From NCBI GenBank assembly GCA_964016885.1, contig OZ024753.1:36270001-36334000 (forward strand): 64,000 nucleotides of DNA, read 5' to 3'. The translations under genes and the position numbers were made by a program. The notes beneath the pieces are model-generated. The model made no database searches, had not been told where the DNA came from, and was given only the letters and a program-made list of their open reading frames with translations. Shown one piece after another: positions 55,447-64,000 of the stretch (position 1 is the stretch's first letter; the number at the start of each line of letters is the position of its first letter). Origin of the DNA: Eledone cirrhosa. Lineage: Eukaryota.

Positions 55447-57550
55447 CAACACCGCCACCACCATCATCATCAACCACCACCACCACCACCACCACCAAAA
55501 CCATCAACCACTACCGAAACCACAACCTCACACCACCACCAATACTGCCACCAATACCACCACCACCAACAACAACAACACCATCATCAATACCACCACC
55601 ATCATCAGGAATGCCTCATGATTTCATACGAATGAAACAGTTCTAATCCTGTAGAAGCCTTTTCTATATTAAATCTTCGTTGTTCTCACTCTACTTATGT
55701 ATTGAGTACTTTATTTACTGTGGTTAACCCCCGATTCTACACGCACATACACACACACACACATATATATATATGAGAGAGAGAGAGAGGAGAGAAAGAG
55801 AGGAGAGAGGGGAGAGAAAGAGAGGAGAGAGGGGAGAGAAAGAGAGGGGAGAGAAAGAGAGGAGAGAGAGAGAGAGAGAGTCAACCCACCGCTTTCCCCA
55901 TTTCTCTCACACGCACAAACATGTATTTAATTGCGTTGCATTGTCGATATATTTTCTCCTCTTAAGAGAGAATCGACTTCAGTATTGGAACAGTACTTTA
56001 TTTATCGACCTCCAAACGCTGAACAGTGAAGTTGACTCCGGTGGGAATTGAACTCAGAGCACAGAGAGCCAGAACTAATGCCACAAATCATTCTATCCAA
56101 CGTTCTAACAGCTTTGTCAATTCACCACCTTTTAATATACCACAGTTGGTCCAACAACAACAACAACAACAGCAACAACAACAACGACGGTGGTGGCAGC
56201 GGCGGCAGCAAAAATCTCTTTATTTATTTGTTCATTCATTCATTCATTCATCGTTATTTTAGTCTATGTAAAATACTAATTCCACTGCCTAATTTCTCTG
56301 TCTAATTGACATTCATTATATCCTCCCATTGTATGCCCCCCCCCACACCATTCCATCCCGACGACATACCATTCCAGAAATATACACAAATACGCTACAG
56401 TGAATAACAATCACAAATCTTTACGTTCGTCCATTCATTAGAAGAATGTAAATCTTAAGTTGGCATTTAAACAAGCGCAACATTCACAAACGGTATGTGA
56501 GTAAGTTAATACAAACTCTCTCTCTCTCTCTCTCTCTCCCTTCTCTTTTTCTCCAATCTCTCTCTCATACGAGGCTCGGTTGAAGAGTTCCCCCGTCTGA
56601 AAATTTCATAGGCTGTTAAAATATTGTACGTATGTATGTATGGTCCCGTAACTCCTAATAGAGTCGTAGGAGCGTCGTATTGACATACGGCGTTTCTTGG
56701 GCATTTTAAAACCCTGGTAGATCCCATCCCTCTCCAGGCCTGAGTACAGCAGATTTCTTCCAAAGAGAGATAGAAAGTGAGAGAGAGGAAATGAGAAAGA
56801 GATATATATTGGTAGAGCGTCAGACAACATGCTTTTTGGTATTTAGTTAAGTCTTTCTATGTTCTGAGTTCAAATACCACCAAGGTTAGCTTTGCTTTTC
56901 ATCCTTACAGGGTCGATAAAATAAAGTATCAGCAACGCACAGGAGTTGATTTATTCGACTTTCCCCTCCTCAAAAGTTGTTGGCCATGTGTCTAAAGCAG
57001 AAACCACGTTTTGAGATAATCGGACGTGTTTTGTTTAACTTTTTTCATATTGTAGATTCTTACCAAGTGAAACCAGGTGAAAAATCATTTTTATTTTTAA
57101 ATCTCGAAATTCTAAATAGATACATTGGATTTTAATTATTTGCTTTGATCCTATCTTGCCTCATTAAGTACGAAAATTCAAAGCATAAACATTTAAGATG
57201 TCATCATCTTATTTTGAAACTCGTCACGATAAGACATCGTCGGGGTGAAGAGAAAAAATAGAAGTGAGAAGCAAAAAGACAAGCCTATCTAAATAAAAAG
57301 CCGGAAGGTTTAACGAGACGGCAGAATGCACATCAGCTCACTAAACATACGATTCTAACCATTTCTTTACCAACTTTACAGTCATCTACTACCACGACAT
57401 ATTTAATGAAATTATATTCGGTTAGTCTGTAAAACATGTTGGGTGGTATGAATAATAATAAAGATAATAGTGTTAGTATTAGTGGTAGTAATAATAATAA
57501 TAACAATGATAATGATAAAAAAGGGAATTATATTAATAATATATGTATAT

Positions 57551-57584
<34 letters not shown>

Positions 57585-57625
57585 GGGCATATACACACTT
57601 CAACAGCATTCTAATAAATATTTCT

Positions 57626-57663
<38 letters not shown>

Positions 57664-57666
<3 letters not shown>

Positions 57667-57762
57667 GGTGTCCCCAAAATGTATAAACACTTTGATTACC
57701 GGTACAGGAAATATTTATTAGAATACTGTTGAATTGTGTATATATTTTTTCGGGACACCCTG
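57664..57762. mobile_element. Tiny Tc1/mariner-type MITE
   Basis: TA|CAGGGTGTCCC...GGGACACCCTG|TA, 99 bp. Confidence 0.85.
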
Positions 57763-57829
57763 TATATGTGTGTATATATATATATATACACAAAACAAAC
57801 ACACGTTACGGTATTATTATTGCACATAC

Positions 57830-57986
57830 CTTCAGCTTGTAACTCATATTGTCTCGTACATACGAAGGTACGTCTTGATACAGGAAGTTGCACGACGTAA
57901 TTAATCACGTTTGGTAACAATCACACGACACTCTTCGAGATCTCGTGTCCACATCACTTCCGTACAAACCGGGATTTTCTGTCTAC
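57830..57986 (-). other. Candidate exon (no full open frame; possibly 5'UTR of the minus-strand gene)
   Basis: Acceptor ttttcgtaatag|, donor GAAG|gtatgt; complex GC-elevated sequence; stops in all three frames. Confidence 0.3.
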
Positions 57987-58082
57987 CTATTACGAAAAAC
58001 GATCTCATATTTAATATTACTGCAAAGTCTTATTAATGAATTAAAATGTTTGCTTTTTAACCAGGCTGTGCCATGTACATAT

Positions 58083-58187
<105 letters not shown>

Positions 58188-58332
58188 TGTCCCCAAAAAT
58201 GTATACACACTTCAACAGCATTCTAATAAATATTGCCTATACAGGTAATCAAAGTGTGTATACATTTTGTGGGACATCCTGTATATATATATAGGAAAAG
58301 AGTCAGGACCCTGACGGCTGAGCTCCGGCCGT

Positions 58333-58386
<54 letters not shown>

Positions 58387-58465
58387 TATATATATGTGTA
58401 TATATATATTTATATTTATATATACGTATGTACACATATATATTTATATTTATATATACGTATGT

Positions 58466-58553
<88 letters not shown>

Positions 58554-59192
58554 TACGTATATATTATATATATATTATACATACATAAATCCATTATAAA
58601 ATACAAACAGTAGCATCAACAACAATATATATATATATATATATTTACTCCGGCTGCCTGCTCGATGAAACAACAAATCATAAAGTTTAAAGATAACAGA
58701 TATAAGCATTTATAACTCTTCATCTATTCTTGCCTCACCTAACACCACTGTAAAATGTTCACCGTACTTATTCCTCCCGAGAAAACCATTTTCTAATGAG
58801 GCAACTAAGCGGAAATGCATAACTTGCTGCAATTATTTCTACTCTTATAATCCAATACGATGCAGTAGGCAATAAAAACAAACGAATTATTTTACGTAAA
58901 CAAAATGTATAGAGCGATTTGATAGAGAAAATAAACAAACAATCCAATGGGTTTGATGACTTTGCTGAGAAAAAACGAAATATATATAAAAGATATAAAG
59001 ATATAACCAAAAGAAAAGAAATACTACCAAGCAAGATGGAGGACGAGAAAAAACAAGCGTTTGTCATGTAAACGTTTATCGTGAAATATGGTATTAAAGA
59101 ATATAAGAAAAAAATGTTAAGAATCAGATATATAAACGAAACGAAAGCGCCGTTGTGTAGTAGTCTAGCAGCATATAGTATACAGTGATAGG

Positions 59193-59258
<66 letters not shown>

Positions 59259-59259
59259 A

Positions 59260-59290
<31 letters not shown>

Positions 59291-59295
59291 TATAA

Positions 59296-59330
<35 letters not shown>

Positions 59331-59475
59331 AATATATATATATATAAATATATATATATATATGTATATATATATGTGTATATATATATGTAAATATATA
59401 TATATATGTATATATATATATGTATATATATATGTAAATATATATATATATATATGTATATATATACGTAAATAT

Positions 59476-59531
<56 letters not shown>

Positions 59532-59578
59532 CTATCTATCTATCTATCTATCTATCTAACCATCTATCTATCTATCTA

Positions 59579-59631
<53 letters not shown>

Positions 59632-60066
59632 TGTGTGTATATGCTTACATCGAACAAAAATAATAGCACAGATGGGTGAACGAAGAGAAAGTGAGGTAGA
59701 GAATAGAGGGCAATAAATATGTAAAGTAAACAGTTTAAAACCCAAACAAGAGAAGATATAGAGACGAAGCAATACAAGAAATAGATAGTATAGAGTAGAG
59801 TGAAGAGAGAGAGAGAGAGAGAGAGTGTAAGAGAAAGAGATAGACAAATAGATAGAGAGGAGTAGATAGATAGATAGAGAGATAGACAGAGTGAGAGAGA
59901 GAGAGAGAGACAGAGTGAGATAGAGGTAGACAGAGTGAGAGAGAGAGATAGACAGAGTGAGAGAGAGAGAGAGAGACAGAGTGAGAGAGAGAGATAGACA
60001 GAGTGAGATAGAGAGGTAGACAGAGTGAGAGAGAGAGATAGACAGAGTGAGAGAGAGAGAGACAGA

Positions 60067-60109
<43 letters not shown>

Positions 60110-60356
60110 TGAGAGAGAGAGATAGACAGAGTGAGATAGAGAGATAGACAGAGTGAGAGAGAGGTAGACAGAGTGAGAGAGAGAGATAGACAGAGTGAGA
60201 GAGAGAGAGAGACAGAGTGAGAGAGAGAGATAGACAGAGTGAGATAAAGAGATAGACAGAGTGAGAGAGAGAGATAGACAGGGAGCAAGAGATAAATAGA
60301 CAGAGTGAGATAGATAGATAGAGAGATAGATAGATAGAGTGGCAATGTTATATAAG

Positions 60357-60716
60357 TGTTTCTACTTTTGGCACAAGGCCAGCAATTACCCAGTGTATTA
60401 CTGGTACTTTATTTTATCGACCCCGTAAGGATGAAAGGTAAATTTAACCTCAGCGGTGTTTGAACTCAAAACGTAAATGGCCATAACTCTATGCTGCAAA
60501 GTATGGTGTCTGACGCTCTATTGATACTGCCAATCCACAATAAAGTAATAATTGTTCCTACTATTGGCACAAGGCCAGCAATTACCCAGTACATCACTGG
60601 TACTTTATTTTATAGACCCCATGAAACGCAAAGTTAACCTCGGCGGGATTTGAACTCAGACCATAAAGGGCCGTAAATCTTTGCTGCAAAGCATGGCGTC
60701 TGACCCTCTACCGATG
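60357..60716 (-). mobile_element. Two tandem SINEs (dominant family)
   Basis: Reverse-complement copies at ~60357-60540 and ~60550-60716. Confidence 0.88.
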
Positions 60717-61217
60717 CCTCCATGGCAACAAAAAAAAAAAGCATCAGAAATGTACATTGCAAGGACATGGATTATTATTGATGTAAATGTCTTAAAAGCT
60801 AGAAAGAAAAGTGATTATACCATAAGTCATTTTTAAATGCATGCGTACATAACTAACAGAAACACCTACGTATACACACACTCGTGTATACGTGTGGATA
60901 TACATACTCTCGTGTATATATAGCGATACCATAGACACAAAGATCAGAATAGTAAGTCTTACATCTTGAATATATGCAAAGGACAAACAACAACAAACAT
61001 ATAAGAAAAGGAAACTATCATTACGTTAGATCATACCAAGGAATCAATTTCTATATAGATTTTTCCATTGATGATACTCCTGGAACAAGGAACAACATAA
61101 AATAAAGTATTTTGTTGAATGATACGACGTACCACTCAAATCCAGGGCCTAACCACAAGACCATGCGGAATACTTTACAACACTCAATATATTATATAGA
61201 ATAGATTACAATGATGA

Positions 61218-61268
<51 letters not shown>

Positions 61269-61584
61269 ATATATATATATATATACAAAATTAAATTAAG
61301 GGTGTCATGTCAGAGAGACATGCGCCATATCCATTGTAGAATATACTCCAAGATTCCAATGAATAGATCCGATGGTGAAATATGTTTCTTTAATGAAATA
61401 TATACAAGGAAGATTAATCAATTAATGAAATATATACAAGGAAGATTAATCAATTTATTTAAAGTTCTAGTTAAACTTTAATTAGTTACCTACCTAGCTA
61501 TGTGTGCTTACACACTTTTACAAATTATTCCCTGTGATTGTTTCATATGTTTATTTTAGATATATATATATGTCAGTCAATTTC

Positions 61585-61694
<110 letters not shown>

Positions 61695-61820
61695 ATATAC
61701 ATATACATATATATATATATAAATATATGTATATATATACACATATATATATACATATATATACATATATACATATACATATATATATATACATATACAT
61801 ATATATATATATACATATAC

Positions 61821-61852
<32 letters not shown>

Positions 61853-61920
61853 ACATATACATATATATATATATATATAAATATACATATACATATATAT
61901 ACATATACATATATATATAA

Positions 61921-61952
<32 letters not shown>

Positions 61953-62272
61953 ATAAATATGACCAAAATCTAAAATGGAAATGGTGGCGGTCAATCAGAG
62001 AGGGGTTCGTCCGGTAGGAGTGAAAGACCCTGGATTATATATATATATATAGGCCAAGCTGTCGAAATGGCAAGAGCCCAGCTGCCGAGCCCCGACTCTT
62101 TGTAATACACACACACACATACATATATGTATATATGTGTGTATGTATGAGTATATATGTGTGTATGTATGAGTATATATGTGTGTATGTATGAGTAAAC
62201 AGGACCGAAGTTTCAAGGTTGCATCATATATAAACTTTATACATACATATCCGTATATTATTTATGTGAGAA

Positions 62273-62338
62273 TGAGTACTCAATAGGAGAAAGTATGACC
62301 CCGACGGCAGAGCTCAAGCCGTTTCGACGGCTATTTCT

Positions 62339-62341
<3 letters not shown>
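62273..62341 (-). mobile_element. Family C fragment
   Basis: GAGTACTCAATAGGA..GACCCCGACGGCAGAGCTCAAGCCGTTTCGACGGCTATTTCTGGA then (TA)n. Confidence 0.8.
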
Positions 62342-62372
<31 letters not shown>

Positions 62373-62455
62373 TATTTCTGGATATATATATATATATATA
62401 TATATACTTAACTGTACCAAGGATCTCGCAGATTTTCCTATATATATATATGCAT

Positions 62456-62535
<80 letters not shown>

Positions 62536-62680
62536 TGTATATATAGTAATAATAATAAAATTGAAGACTAAAATCCAAAGAGGGCTCGATAAGGAAAATA
62601 TATATCAAATATATAAGAACCGTAGAGCAAATATATATATATATATATACAGTATATATATATATATATATATATATACA

Positions 62681-62722
<42 letters not shown>

Positions 62723-62810
62723 TATATATATGTATATATATATATATATATATATACTGTATATATACTGTATATATATATATATATACTGTATATATAC
62801 TGTATATATA

Positions 62811-62847
<37 letters not shown>

Positions 62848-64000
62848 GTCCAACCATCGCCCTCCATCACAGACACACAGACATGCATATAATTGCCTGG
62901 CTTTGTCATTACATTTTCTCTTCTCCTCCTCTTCTTCCTCTTTCTCCTTCTACTCATCATCATCATCATCATCATCGGCATCATCACCCCCTCCTCCTCC
63001 TTTTCTATAGTTTCTTGTCCTCCCTTCACATCGTATATTGTTAGCCAAAGATCTCTACTTGAAAGAACAGAAACAACAACAACAACAATAACAATAACAG
63101 TCTCAACAACAACAGCAACAAATGCAAAAAAAATACCACACACACACAAAACAAAGCTAAAAAGACAACAAAAAACAACTACAAACAAATAACTACCTAA
63201 ATAAATAAAAGAAAAAGAAAAAAAAAGAAAAAAGAAACGAAAAGAAGAAGAAAAGGGAAAAAAAGAAAGGAAAGAAAAGAAACGAAAAAGAAGAAGAAAA
63301 AGAAAGAACAAGGACGGAAAGAAAAAAAAGAAGAAAACGAAAGAAAACGAAAAAAAGAAGAAACGGAAAGAAAAAGAAAGAAACGAAAAAAAAGAAGAAA
63401 AGGAAAGAAAAATAAAGGAAAGAAAAAAGGAAGAGACGAAAAAAAACAAGAAAAGGAAAGAAATGAAAAAAAGAAGAAAACGAAAAAAAAGAAGAAAAAG
63501 AAAGAAACGAAAAAAAGAAGAAAACGAAAAGAAAACAGAAAAAAAGAAAACGAAAGAAAACGAAAAAAAAGAAGAAAAGGAAAGAAAAAGAAAGGGAAGA
63601 AAGAGGTAAAAATGAAATAACAATTCACCTCTTGTAAATGTGAACCAGTTTTATGGATTAAGATGGTTTTAATTAGCTTGTGTTATATTGAGTGTGAAAC
63701 ATTGTTGGAAATATAACAAGTTTCTGTGCCATATGGTATAGACACTGTCTTGGATGGTGATAACTAAAGAGATCTTTTTATCATTAAAACTACTCCATTT
63801 TAACTATATGAATTTATCACTTATATAACCTCCAGGCTCTCCTATAACTCTTCTATGTAAAGAGGAGATTTTACTATGAGTGTCGTTGTATGTGTGGATA
63901 TATGTGTGTGTGTGTGTGTATATGTGTGTGTTTGTGTGTGTGTGTGTGGATGTGTACGTGTGTGTTTGTGTGTGTGTGGATGTGTACGTGTTGTGTTTGT

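Noticed and set aside
56568-56760. Mariner-like end TACGAGGCTCGGTTGAAGAGTT with adjacent ORFs
   Set aside because: Only one putative TIR and no convincing transposase motif.

Overview
Eukaryotic, very AT-rich, microsatellite-saturated DNA. The SINE repertoire and (TA)n/(CA)n density suggest an octopus/cephalopod genome, which is inference. Nearly all ORFs in the supplied track (YIYI, VCVC, poly-G/V/T, etc.) are simple-repeat artefacts. Real content: (1) a tentative minus-strand multi-exon gene, with candidate exons at 43631-43880, 19863-19909 and 10366-10454 that splice in frame; (2) many tRNA-derived SINEs, two intact hAT MITEs with 8-bp TSDs, tiny Tc1/mariner-type MITEs, and RTE and Tx1/L1 LINE relics; (3) several minisatellites. 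Most notable: at least four unrelated families of short non-coding elements sit inside (TA)n tracts and each carries a type I hammerhead ribozyme (nine motifs; compensatory base changes between copies in two families). One family has a ~95-nt branched stem II. The elements are frequently folded back into local inverted duplications. A decayed Penelope-like GIY-YIG endonuclease followed by a degenerate hammerhead lies in the same cluster. Together this suggests a Penelope-dependent, microsatellite-targeting, retrozyme-like system. All folds and translations were done by eye; coordinates of diverged repeats are approximate.
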